From an uncultured archaeon (GTDB lineage Archaea > Iainarchaeota > Iainarchaeia > Iainarchaeales > JAAZKV01), in contig CAZKBG010000001.1 in NCBI GenBank assembly GCA_964551375.1, positions 510,001 to 542,000 on the forward strand: a stretch of DNA of 32,000 nt. The letters run 5' to 3'. Below the pieces are notes generated by a model that did no database searches, was not told the origin of the DNA, and worked only from the letters and a program-made list of their open reading frames with translations. This document shows, piece after piece, positions 8,120 to 15,612 of this stretch; the first letter of the stretch is position 1, and each line of letters starts with the position of its first letter. A program made the translations under genes and the position numbers.

Positions 8120-8842
8120 TTAATTCTTGAAAGCCTGCTTTAGTTCCTTATCGCTAAGGTGCCTAAATCCTTTCTTATCAACTACAGCAAACTCAATTCT
8201 TGCCATAGAGATTTTTTCTTTTTCAGGCATGCTTTTTTCAATAGCCTTGTAAGCCAAATTAATTGCGTCGGTTAAATTCAAGCCTTCCTTGAATTCTTTT
8301 TCAAAAACTTCCATTGCTTTTTCTTTATTTCTTCCAATGCTAACAGCCTTGTACTCAGCAAGCGCTCCGCTTGGCTCGGTTTCAAAAATCTTAGGCCCTT
8401 TCTCGTCCACTCCGCCGATAATAAAAGCAACTCCAAACGGCCTTAGTCCGCCGTATTGAGTAAATGCCTGCTTTGTTTCAGCAATCTCTTTAGCCATTAC
8501 TTCAACTTGAATGTCTTCAGAATAAACCATCTTATTGTCCTGCGCTTGTCTTCTTGCAATGCCAACTAATCTTCTCGCATCTCCTACAAGTCCTGCAGAA
8601 ACAACAGCAATATTGCCGTCAATTTTAAAGATTTTTTCAATAGATTCAGGAATTACTAATTTGCTCTGAATACTTTTATCAGCAGCTAAAACTACCCCTT
8701 CAGCATAAGTTATTCCAACGCCTGTTGTGCCCTGCTCAACAATCTTTGAAGCATATTCTACCTGGTATAATCTGCCGTCAGGAGAAAACATTGTAGCTGC
8801 CTTGTCATAGGCAGGAACCTTTGAATTTTGAACTGGATACAT
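8120..8842 (-). CDS. psmA: proteasome alpha subunit
   Basis: YDKAATMFSPDGRLYQVEYA is the alpha-subunit N-terminal signature. The rest is an Ntn-hydrolase-fold sequence lacking a Thr1 propeptide. Confidence 0.95.
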   Translation of the reverse strand: MYPVQNSKVPAYDKAATMFSPDGRLYQVEYASKIVEQGTTGVGITYAEGVVLAADKSIQSKLVIPESIEKIFKIDGNIAVVSAGLVGDARRLVGIARRQAQDNKMVYSEDIQVEVMAKEIAETKQAFTQYGGLRPFGVAFIIGGVDEKGPKIFETEPSGALAEYKAVSIGRNKEKAMEVFEKEFKEGLNLTDAINLAYKAIEKSMPEKEKISMARIEFAVVDKKGFRHLSDKELKQAFKN

Positions 8843-9043
8843 AAAACAACCCCCGAAATCTTGCTTAAACTATAAATGCAAAAACTACATTACTCCTATA
8901 TCCTATCCCTTAAAAAGAAATCGTTAGTGCGTTAAAACGCACCTATTTGCTTTCCCTGTACAATATACTTAGTTTAAAGAATGTTTAAAAACCTGCTTTG
9001 AGAGGACTGCCCGCCAAAATGAGCAGGATATTTGAAAGAGAAC

Positions 9044-9205
9044 TTACCTTTTTCGCTTTCTTCCCCAAAGCCTTCTCATGGCCGCGCTGACATTATTTCC
9101 GACTACTTTAACACTAGCCCCAGGATTTGCCCTTTTACTTTTCCCAAGCGGACCCCTTATTGTAGTAGCCTTAAAACCAGTTGCCTTAAACTTCGGACGA
9201 GCCAT
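9044..9205 (-). CDS. small basic protein, 53 aa, unknown function
   Basis: Not in the ORF track: MARPKFKATGFKATTIRGPLGKSKRANPGASVKVVGNNVSAAMRRLWGRKRKR. It has AGGTG (9214..9218) 8 nt upstream of the ATG and a TTTAAATATA box (about 9239..9248). A stem plus T5 follows the stop. I recognise no family. Confidence 0.45.
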   Translation of the reverse strand: MARPKFKATGFKATTIRGPLGKSKRANPGASVKVVGNNVSAAMRRLWGRKRKR

Positions 9206-9338
9206 TAAAAAAACACCTTACAAAACTACTTCACTTGTTATATTTAAACTAATTTAAAACAAATTTAATCATTCAAGTAAATTAACGCGTGTTTTACCCA
9301 CAATTAGAATTATAAATAACCGAAGCAGAGTTATTGAT

Positions 9339-10184
9339 ATGAGTCCCCTACCAAGACAAAGATTAAGTATGAGAGGAAGAGCGCTTACTGCAAAAGAAAT
9401 TGAAGTAATGGACAGGGCAAAAAAAGTAAGAGCAGAACTTAAAGCAAACTTTGCAGGCGCAGTTAATAGAAATGTAAAAACATTAACTCCTGAAGCAAGA
9501 AAAAGATTTGCGCTTGAAAGAAGCGCGAGAGTAAAAATTGAGCGAATAATAAAAGCAACAAACCCAAGCAACCAATGGATGACAAGATTTGCGCTTGAAG
9601 GATTATTCAAATCAGCGGCAAAAAAAGAATACGCTGCAGAGGAGCTTGCATTAATTCCAAAAGCATTTGGAAAAGACTCAAAAGCGCTCACAGGATTTTT
9701 CTGGGTAAAAGGAGTAAGAAAAGGAAATTTAGTTGATTATGAAGCAAGAAACGAGCACGCCGTAAAATTATTTGTAAAAGCGCGCGGAAACAGCGCAATA
9801 CTACTTGAACCCATAATTTATAGAGCGGTAAGACAAGAAGCGCTAAATCAAGAAACACGCGAAAGCCACCACGCGCATGAAGAGCACAGAAGAAAAGAAG
9901 TGGAAGCAGCAAGAAATATTCACCAGGAAAGAGTTGCAGGAGTCAGCGGAGGATACAGAATACCATCAAACTCAGGGCGCGAACCTCTAAGGCACCAGAT
10001 TGGAATGGACACAACGCTTTCTGAAAGACTTGACGTGCGAGCAGGAATAATTAGGGGACGAATCCAAAAAGAAGTCAACTCCGAATTTTCAGGGCTGATG
10101 CAAAAACATAATGATAATTTTATCAGATCATTTATCGAACTTGGCGAAAGGCACGGAATAAGCGTTATGAACATAAGGCTTTAG
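9339..10184 (+). CDS. hypothetical Arg/Lys-rich protein, 281 aa, no recognisable domain
   Basis: A single uninterrupted ORF on the strand opposite the surrounding array. ATTATAAATA (9309..9318) is centred about 26 nt upstream of the ATG, which suggests a leaderless transcript. The gene contains an in-frame 16-nt exact repeat encoding RFALE twice. Confidence 0.5.
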   Translation: MSPLPRQRLSMRGRALTAKEIEVMDRAKKVRAELKANFAGAVNRNVKTLTPEARKRFALERSARVKIERIIKATNPSNQWMTRFALEGLFKSAAKKEYAAEELALIPKAFGKDSKALTGFFWVKGVRKGNLVDYEARNEHAVKLFVKARGNSAILLEPIIYRAVRQEALNQETRESHHAHEEHRRKEVEAARNIHQERVAGVSGGYRIPSNSGREPLRHQIGMDTTLSERLDVRAGIIRGRIQKEVNSEFSGLMQKHNDNFIRSFIELGERHGISVMNIRL

Positions 10185-10235
10185 AAAAAAATTTAAGGCA
10201 AAAAACAAATTCTAAATTTTTTAGTAAATTATTTT

Positions 10236-10586
10236 TTATTCTAATTTTGCAAAATCTTTTAGTGTTTTTATCGTCCCAGAAGTCAAAAGCGGATTGATTA
10301 TAACTTTCTTGTTTCTGATTTTCTCAATAAAAGCAGTGCCTGCGATTAATTCAAGCTCACGACCGCGCTTGCATTTGATTATTGCCTTGTTTCCTTTAAA
10401 CAAAACAATTCTTGGATTAATTTCAGCCAAACCCTTAGAGCCGAAGAAAGAAAGCAAATCAATCCAAAACCCAAAGTAAAAATCCTTTTCGTTAACATCC
10501 GCATTCAGCACTTCAAGAAGAATATAGCGCTTACGCTCGCGCTTTGAAAGAGGCGTAATTGTTTTCTTTACCTTTTCAATTTTCAT
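10236..10586 (-). CDS. rnp2: RNase P protein component 2 (Pop5 homologue)
   Basis: RERKRYILLEV near the N terminus, AIIKCKRG, and TSGTIKTLKDF at the C terminus match the Pop5/Rnp2 pattern. I use ATG 10586, preceded by GGTTGAT; ORF-track start 10595 is a TTG inside that SD. Confidence 0.8.
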   Translation of the reverse strand: MKIEKVKKTITPLSKRERKRYILLEVLNADVNEKDFYFGFWIDLLSFFGSKGLAEINPRIVLFKGNKAIIKCKRGRELELIAGTAFIEKIRNKKVIINPLLTSGTIKTLKDFAKLE

Positions 10587-10647
10587 AAAAATCAACCAAA
10601 AATAATTTTTCTAAAAATAATCAAACCATCATCTGCAAAATACTAAT

Positions 10648-11211
10648 TTACTTAACCTCTTCTTCCAAATATTTTCCAGCAAGAGCATTTGGCAGCCCAA
10701 GTAAAACCGCAAGAGATTCCCTTACTTTTCTCGGCCTTAAATGAAGCGGATCCTTTGCTCCCGAAGCCACAATAAATTTAGTTCCCTTCATTTTGCAATA
10801 TCTCACAACTTCAACGTAATTTTTCCAATACTGGTGCCTTTCAAAAGAATTAGCTTTCATTAACTCTTCAAACATCAAAACTACAACAGTTTTGTTGTCA
10901 GAAAGCTTTTTTGCCAATCCCAAATCAAAATTCTGCTTTGTATCAGAAGGCTGGAGAAGATAATCAGCATTAATTTTCACAGCAAATTCATTTTCTTTCA
11001 AATCAGAGCCGATAACTGCTTTCTTTTTTTTAGAAAGTTTAGAAAGCTCGCTTGGAGCAGTTTTAGTGGAAACAACAAAACAAGGAGTCATTTTAGCGTC
11101 CTTTGCCACTTTTTCCTGAGCGTCAGTATTAACAAGCACAATTAGTTCTTCCTTGAAATAAGTGCTGACTGCTAGGAGCTCTTTGAGCGGCTGAGCATAA
11201 ACTATGTCCAT
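10648..11211 (-). CDS. rnp3: RNase P protein component 3 (Rpp30 homologue)
   Basis: The C-terminal KFIVASGAKDPLHLRPRKVRESLAVLLGL matches the conserved Rpp30 end (..SSA....dvR.PrdlislgvvlG). The gene sits in its canonical position between rpl15e and rnp2. Confidence 0.75.
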   Translation of the reverse strand: MDIVYAQPLKELLAVSTYFKEELIVLVNTDAQEKVAKDAKMTPCFVVSTKTAPSELSKLSKKKKAVIGSDLKENEFAVKINADYLLQPSDTKQNFDLGLAKKLSDNKTVVVLMFEELMKANSFERHQYWKNYVEVVRYCKMKGTKFIVASGAKDPLHLRPRKVRESLAVLLGLPNALAGKYLEEEVK

Positions 11212-11295
11212 TCCAAAAAAACCTTTTAGGTTAATAGCACACAGGGGAAAATAAACCTTTCCCTCGCGCGTTAAAAATGAATTCCGTGCCGGACT

Positions 11296-11892
11296 TCAGC
11301 CGTGGTGGTGGTCAAGAGATTTTTTGAATCTTATTTTTCTCTTGTTTGTCAAGTTTGTCAACTTGTTTGCTCCGCCAGCGTAAGTCTTTCCTCTTTCAGC
11401 TCTTCCTCTTGAAGTTCCGCTTGAAAGATACTTTAAGTTCTTATCAGCCATTACAGCAGGAGCTGTTCTATCAGCTAAAACAACTTCAAAATAATGCCAC
11501 TTACCGTCTTCAGCAATCTTGTATGAGCCAAGAGCTTCAGCGTTTTCGAAATACTTAGAAGCTTTCTGCTCGCTCATTGCCTGAGTGCTTAATCTTCTTG
11601 ATAATTTTGCCTGACCCTGTCTCTTTGGTCTTCTCTTGTTCTTAGGCCTGTGATGAGTTCCAGTTCCTTTTCTAACTCTAACTCTAACAACAAAAACTCC
11701 CTGCTTAGCCTTGTAACCAACGCTTCTGGCAGAAACTAAATTAGTGGGGTGGTCAACTTTAACAACAGCCCTTTCTTCATTTCTAAACTCAATACCGCGC
11801 TTTCTCATGATTAACGCATAATCGTAATTCTCGTCCTTTACTCCTTTCCATTCATTTTGAAAAGCTGCTCTTATGTATTTTGCTGCACCCAT
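11296..11892 (-). CDS. rpl15e: ribosomal protein eL15 (L15e)
   Basis: The protein begins MGAAKYIRAAFQ and contains GVFVVRVRVRKGTGTHHRPKNKRRPKRQG, which is unmistakable eL15. GGTGAG lies 5 nt upstream of the ATG. Confidence 0.95.
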   Translation of the reverse strand: MGAAKYIRAAFQNEWKGVKDENYDYALIMRKRGIEFRNEERAVVKVDHPTNLVSARSVGYKAKQGVFVVRVRVRKGTGTHHRPKNKRRPKRQGQAKLSRRLSTQAMSEQKASKYFENAEALGSYKIAEDGKWHYFEVVLADRTAPAVMADKNLKYLSSGTSRGRAERGKTYAGGANKLTNLTNKRKIRFKKSLDHHHG

Positions 11893-11959
11893 TTGTACTC
11901 ACCAGAATAATAAAACGTCTATAACTAAAACTTCAAAAAAAGCATTTATAAAGCTACCT

Positions 11960-12334
11960 TTAAGGAGATTTTTTTCTAATAGCAACCCGGCGATTTGCGG
12001 CTAATTCTCTGCTTTGAACAGGTTTTGAGGAAGAAACTTTTTCTTTGCCGGATTTTGCTTGAGCAATAAACTTAATTGGAACATTAACAGGACTCTCAGA
12101 ATTTTTGCCTTTAATTTTGATCTTAAAAGAAGGTTTAATCGGTTGAGAAGTTCTATCAAACCTAACAGGACTCCTTAAACCAACCTTTTTCATTGACATA
12201 TTCCTTGCAGCTGCTTTTGCTATTGAAACATTTCTTTCAGAAAGGAAAAATCTGTCTGCAATGTGCTGAAAAGGATTAGGCTTTCTTTGCGCGGAAGCAG
12301 CTCTGTGATTTTGAGCGGTTCTTGTCTGAGGCAT
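11960..12334 (-). CDS. hypothetical basic protein, 124 aa
   Basis: Good expression signals: TTTATATAAGG box (12364..12372 on the plus strand) and GTGAT (12338..12342) 3 nt upstream of the ATG. The protein is rich in R/K/S/P and I recognise no motif. Confidence 0.5.
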   Translation of the reverse strand: MPQTRTAQNHRAASAQRKPNPFQHIADRFFLSERNVSIAKAAARNMSMKKVGLRSPVRFDRTSQPIKPSFKIKIKGKNSESPVNVPIKFIAQAKSGKEKVSSSKPVQSRELAANRRVAIRKKSP

Positions 12335-12380
12335 TTAATCACTAAATAACTATAAGCTTTGCCTTATATAAACGTTAACT

Positions 12381-13460
12381 ATGAGCGAGCCAAAAAATTT
12401 TAAAAAAGCAAAAAATAATCTCTGCGACAGATGCCGTGAAAAAAGCGCAATAACTCTTGATTACGGGCCGCATAAATTCTGCGAAAAACACTTTATTTAC
12501 TTTTTTGAGCAAAGAGTGAAGAAAACAATAAGAAAATACAGCCTCATAAGACCGCATGAGAAAATACTAATAGCTCTCAGCGGAGGAAAAGACTCTGTGG
12601 TGCTCTTGCATATGCTTGCAAAATATTATTCAAAGCTAAATGAGCTTGAAGCTCTTATTATTGATGAAGGAGTGAAAGGATACCGCGACAAATCCATCAA
12701 TACTGCTGTTGAAAATTGCAAAAGTCTTGGCGTGCCATATAAAGTTGTGAGTTTTAAGGAAGAATTTGGAATAACAAACGACAAATTAATGCCACTTATT
12801 TTGAACAACCCAAAAATGGGAGGAACTTGCGCATTTTGCGGAACAATGAGAAGAAATATCATGAACCGCTATGCCAAAATTCTAAAAGCGGACAAGCTTG
12901 CAACAGGACATAACCTTGACGATGAAGTGCAGAGCTTTGTAATGAACGTTTTTAACAATGATTTTGAACGAATGAAAAGAATGAGCGCTAAAGGAGGCGC
13001 TGTAGAGCATGAAGGATTTGTAAAAAGAATAAAACCGCTTTATGAAACCCCTGAAAAGGAAATAATAGCATACTGCGCGTTTAAGGGAATAAAACACCAC
13101 TCAGAAGAGTGCTGTCCCTACTCATGGACTGCTAAGAGAAACGAATTTAGGGAAATGCTGAACAATTTTGAGAACAGATTCCCAGGAACGCAGTACTCAA
13201 TCATCAGATTTTATGAAAATCTACAAAAATATGTAAAGCCCGATGAGAATGAAAAGCCAAAACTTGCGCTATCGCTTCATGAATGCAAAAAATGCGGGGA
13301 GCCAACTGAACGCGAAATGTGCAAAGCATGCAAAATGATTGAGAAAATAAAAAATGAAATTAAATCCGGGAAATTAAAAAGCAAAAAACCAGCTGTGTTA
13401 AAAAAATACAACAAAAAGCTCACCTGTCACTCAACAAAGACAGGAATAAAATGCGATTAA
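12381..13460 (+). CDS. ttuA: TtuA/Ncs6-type Fe-S dependent tRNA 2-thiolation PP-loop ATPase
   Basis: N-terminal zinc finger (CDRC...CEKH), PP-loop SGGKDS, cluster cysteines (TCAFCGTMRR and ECCPY), LATGHNLDDEVQSF, and a C-terminal zinc finger (CKKCG...CKACK). Confidence 0.85.
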   Translation: MSEPKNFKKAKNNLCDRCREKSAITLDYGPHKFCEKHFIYFFEQRVKKTIRKYSLIRPHEKILIALSGGKDSVVLLHMLAKYYSKLNELEALIIDEGVKGYRDKSINTAVENCKSLGVPYKVVSFKEEFGITNDKLMPLILNNPKMGGTCAFCGTMRRNIMNRYAKILKADKLATGHNLDDEVQSFVMNVFNNDFERMKRMSAKGGAVEHEGFVKRIKPLYETPEKEIIAYCAFKGIKHHSEECCPYSWTAKRNEFREMLNNFENRFPGTQYSIIRFYENLQKYVKPDENEKPKLALSLHECKKCGEPTEREMCKACKMIEKIKNEIKSGKLKSKKPAVLKKYNKKLTCHSTKTGIKCD

Positions 13461-13476
13461 GCGATTTGCCTAAGGA

Positions 13477-13812
13477 TCATTTTCTCTTTTTAGGCTTGCT
13501 TTTGTTTTTATTTGTAAAAAAGCTGAAAAGAGGCTCGTTTGGCTCTCTAAAATGAATTTTCAAGGCTAAAACTAAAGTTGTGCCCACAACCGCAATACCA
13601 TAACCCCAGATAATAGGATAATTTTCAATCAAAATACCATAAACCAGCCAAATATACGCTCCTGCGACAAAAATCAAATACGCTGTAAGGCTAATGTCTT
13701 TTGCGCTGCGATTAATCACAATTTTTCTTGCTTGAAGAATATGCGCAAAGCTCATCAAGACTCCAAACATTGTCGCAAGAAAATAGAATATTGTTGTCAA
13801 CAAAGAATCCAT
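13477..13812 (-). CDS. SemiSWEET / PQ-loop family small transporter (3 TM)
   Basis: RSAKDISLTAYLIFVAGAYIWLVYGILIENYPII closely follows the bacterial SemiSWEET TM1-TM2 pattern (..tkdiS...y..f..g...W..YGil..d.pii). ATG 13812 is preceded by a GTGAT that overlaps the stop of the upstream gene (AAGTGATTTGATG). ORF-track start 13815 is a TTG. Confidence 0.7.
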   Translation of the reverse strand: MDSLLTTIFYFLATMFGVLMSFAHILQARKIVINRSAKDISLTAYLIFVAGAYIWLVYGILIENYPIIWGYGIAVVGTTLVLALKIHFREPNEPLFSFFTNKNKSKPKKRK

Positions 13813-13816
13813 CAAA

Positions 13817-15499
13817 TCACTTCAAGGCTTTTTTCTCAAGCCTGTCGGTTAATTCTTTCTCAAACTTTGTCAGCTCTTCAATCTTAGCGTCAATTACAAG
13901 CGTCTTTTCCTGCAGAACCCTGTCCGCTGTGGCGTTTTTCATATTTAATTCATCAATTGCAGAATTAATCTGAGTCAAGCTCTGCTGCATACCGCTCAAA
14001 AACTGCTTTCTGAACTCGTCAAGAACCATAATCTTCTGTTCCAATGCCTCAGGGGAAATCTTCTTGCTCACAGACTGAAGCCTGTTCAACTCAACCTGCA
14101 TCTGCGCAATTAATTCATCCGCGCGCTGGATTGTAAGCTGCTCAATTCTCTGCTCCGCCTGATTCAACATTCCTTCAGCAATATTTTTTTCAAGCTCAAG
14201 AGTTTTATTTATCCTTGCATCCATCTGCGACAAGTGCGCCGATGCTGAATCAATAAAAGCCTGCGCGCTTGACTTGCTTTTAATCAATTCAGAATTCATT
14301 TCAACAACAATCTGGGCTTTTGTTCTCTTTACTTCCTCAAGCGCAATAGTAACCTGAGAAAGAGAATGCTCCTGCTGTTTTCTTGCGCTTTCAATAGCCG
14401 CAAGATTTTCGCTCAACTGCTTGTTGTACTGCTTGATTTCAGCAATCTTAGCGTCAATTATAAAAACAATTTCCCTCTGCTTCTGCTCCAGCGCCTCTTT
14501 ATTGCTTGACTGGATTAAATCCTTCTGCGAATCCATCAAAACTTTAAACTGATACAATTCTTTTCTAACAGCCTCATCAACTTTCTGCTGAACTTGTGAA
14601 TCAACATCTTCCTTTAAGTGCTTCATTTCAGCAAGCTTAGCATTCACAGCAACAACAATTCCTTTCTTCCAAAGCTCCTCAAAATCAGGGCCCATGTCAA
14701 TATCCCTTGCTGTTTGAGTTGAAAGATTAAACGAAGAAAAATCATCCGCGCTTTTTGAATTCGCAAGCTTTGTCGCAGCATCAAAATCAATTTTTGGAAC
14801 AACAATATCCTTTGGAACTTCTTTCTCTTTAGGCTTCACTTCAGATTGAGCCTGAGAAGTTTGATTTTGCGCGCTTGAAGAAGTTTGCGCTTGAGGTTGA
14901 GAAGTTTGAGTAACTGCAATTTTTGAAACATCTTTCTGAACTGAAGGATTTTTCTGGGCAGGAGGAGTATAATTTTTCTGCAGATTTTTTAACGCATCGG
15001 TTGGAACAGCATTAGTTTTTGAATCAGAACCGCCTGATTTTTGCCCGCTTGCAAGAGTGTCCTCAACTTTTTCTTCAAACTCATCGCCGTCATCCATTGA
15101 CTCGCCAGACTGCTCTGCAACATCCTTCATTATTTTATCAGCAATATCCCCTTCGCTTTTTGCTTTATCTTGGGGAGAGCTTTTCACAGTAAGCCCGCTT
15201 TCAGAAGTTTTTTTTGCAATTGGAATCTGCTTTACAATCTGCTCATCCATCGGAACATCAGTTCCGTCAAACTCGGGTTTCTCAGGGCCCGCTGGTTTTT
15301 TTGCAGCTGTTTTTTGAGAAGAAGCATCAACAGGAGCATTTGCGGCTTCAACGGATTTTCTTGCTTCGGCGATCAACTGCATTGCCTCATTCTGGTCAAT
15401 TCCAACATCGTACAAATTGTCGGCAATTTCTTTATCTGAAACCCCAAGAGCAATTAGCTTTTGGATAGATTCAATGACAGTAGCGCGCTTATCCATCAT
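13817..15499 (-). CDS. large coiled-coil protein, 560 aa, unknown function
   Basis: Three parts: a small N-terminal helical domain (ATVIESIQKLIALGVSDKEIADNLYDVGIDQNEAMQLIAEARK), ~230 aa of low-complexity acidic/Gln-Ser-Thr-rich linker, and ~290 aa of continuous heptad-rich sequence. There is no signal peptide, TM segment or NTPase motif. Confidence 0.6.
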   Translation of the reverse strand: MMDKRATVIESIQKLIALGVSDKEIADNLYDVGIDQNEAMQLIAEARKSVEAANAPVDASSQKTAAKKPAGPEKPEFDGTDVPMDEQIVKQIPIAKKTSESGLTVKSSPQDKAKSEGDIADKIMKDVAEQSGESMDDGDEFEEKVEDTLASGQKSGGSDSKTNAVPTDALKNLQKNYTPPAQKNPSVQKDVSKIAVTQTSQPQAQTSSSAQNQTSQAQSEVKPKEKEVPKDIVVPKIDFDAATKLANSKSADDFSSFNLSTQTARDIDMGPDFEELWKKGIVVAVNAKLAEMKHLKEDVDSQVQQKVDEAVRKELYQFKVLMDSQKDLIQSSNKEALEQKQREIVFIIDAKIAEIKQYNKQLSENLAAIESARKQQEHSLSQVTIALEEVKRTKAQIVVEMNSELIKSKSSAQAFIDSASAHLSQMDARINKTLELEKNIAEGMLNQAEQRIEQLTIQRADELIAQMQVELNRLQSVSKKISPEALEQKIMVLDEFRKQFLSGMQQSLTQINSAIDELNMKNATADRVLQEKTLVIDAKIEELTKFEKELTDRLEKKALK

Positions 15500-15562
15500 A
15501 CCACAAAACTACATAGAACTAGTTATAGTTGATTTTTCATGAATAAAAAGGTTATGTTAAAG

Positions 15563-15602
15563 AGCTAAAATAAAAGAAAAAAGCTTGCCCAAAACGGGCA
15601 AG
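15563..15602 (-). terminator. hairpin plus T-tract terminator after the Sm gene
   Basis: The minus strand reads CTTGCCC-GTTTT-GGGCAAG (7-bp stem) followed by CTTTTTTCTTTTATTTT. Confidence 0.6.
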
Positions 15603-15612
15603 ATAGCTAAAA

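Noticed and set aside
4729-8994. A shared 12-nt motif: AGGTTTTTAAAC at 4729..4740, and its reverse complement at 8983..8994.
   Set aside because: It is centred on the palindromic TTTAAA promoter core that recurs at many promoters here (19700, 26832, 22992, 17712). It is explained as TATA boxes rather than as a specific repeat.
9841-10020. An apparent GC enrichment (about 47-52% in the three 60-nt lines I counted) in the 3' half of the orphan gene, considered as a hint of horizontal transfer.
   Set aside because: A counted 60-nt line inside rrp42 (5401..5460) is also about 48% GC, while another counted line (18601..18660, AlkD-like gene) is about 33%. The variation seems to be within the genome's normal range. 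A proper sliding-window or codon-usage analysis is needed.
9269-10174. Three minus-strand ORFs (140, 74 and 84 aa) opposite the 281-aa orphan gene, which raise the question of which strand is coding.
   Set aside because: The plus strand is one uninterrupted 281-codon frame with a correctly spaced TATA box. The minus strand is broken into three frames with S/L/F/A-rich low-complexity products. The orphan status of the plus-strand gene still leaves some doubt.
9256-10211. A 10-nt direct repeat AAAACAAATT flanking the orphan gene (9256..9265 and 10202..10211), considered as a possible target-site duplication of an insertion.
   Set aside because: An AT-rich 10-mer in AT-rich spacers is not significant. 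There are no terminal inverted repeats and no integrase or transposase gene.
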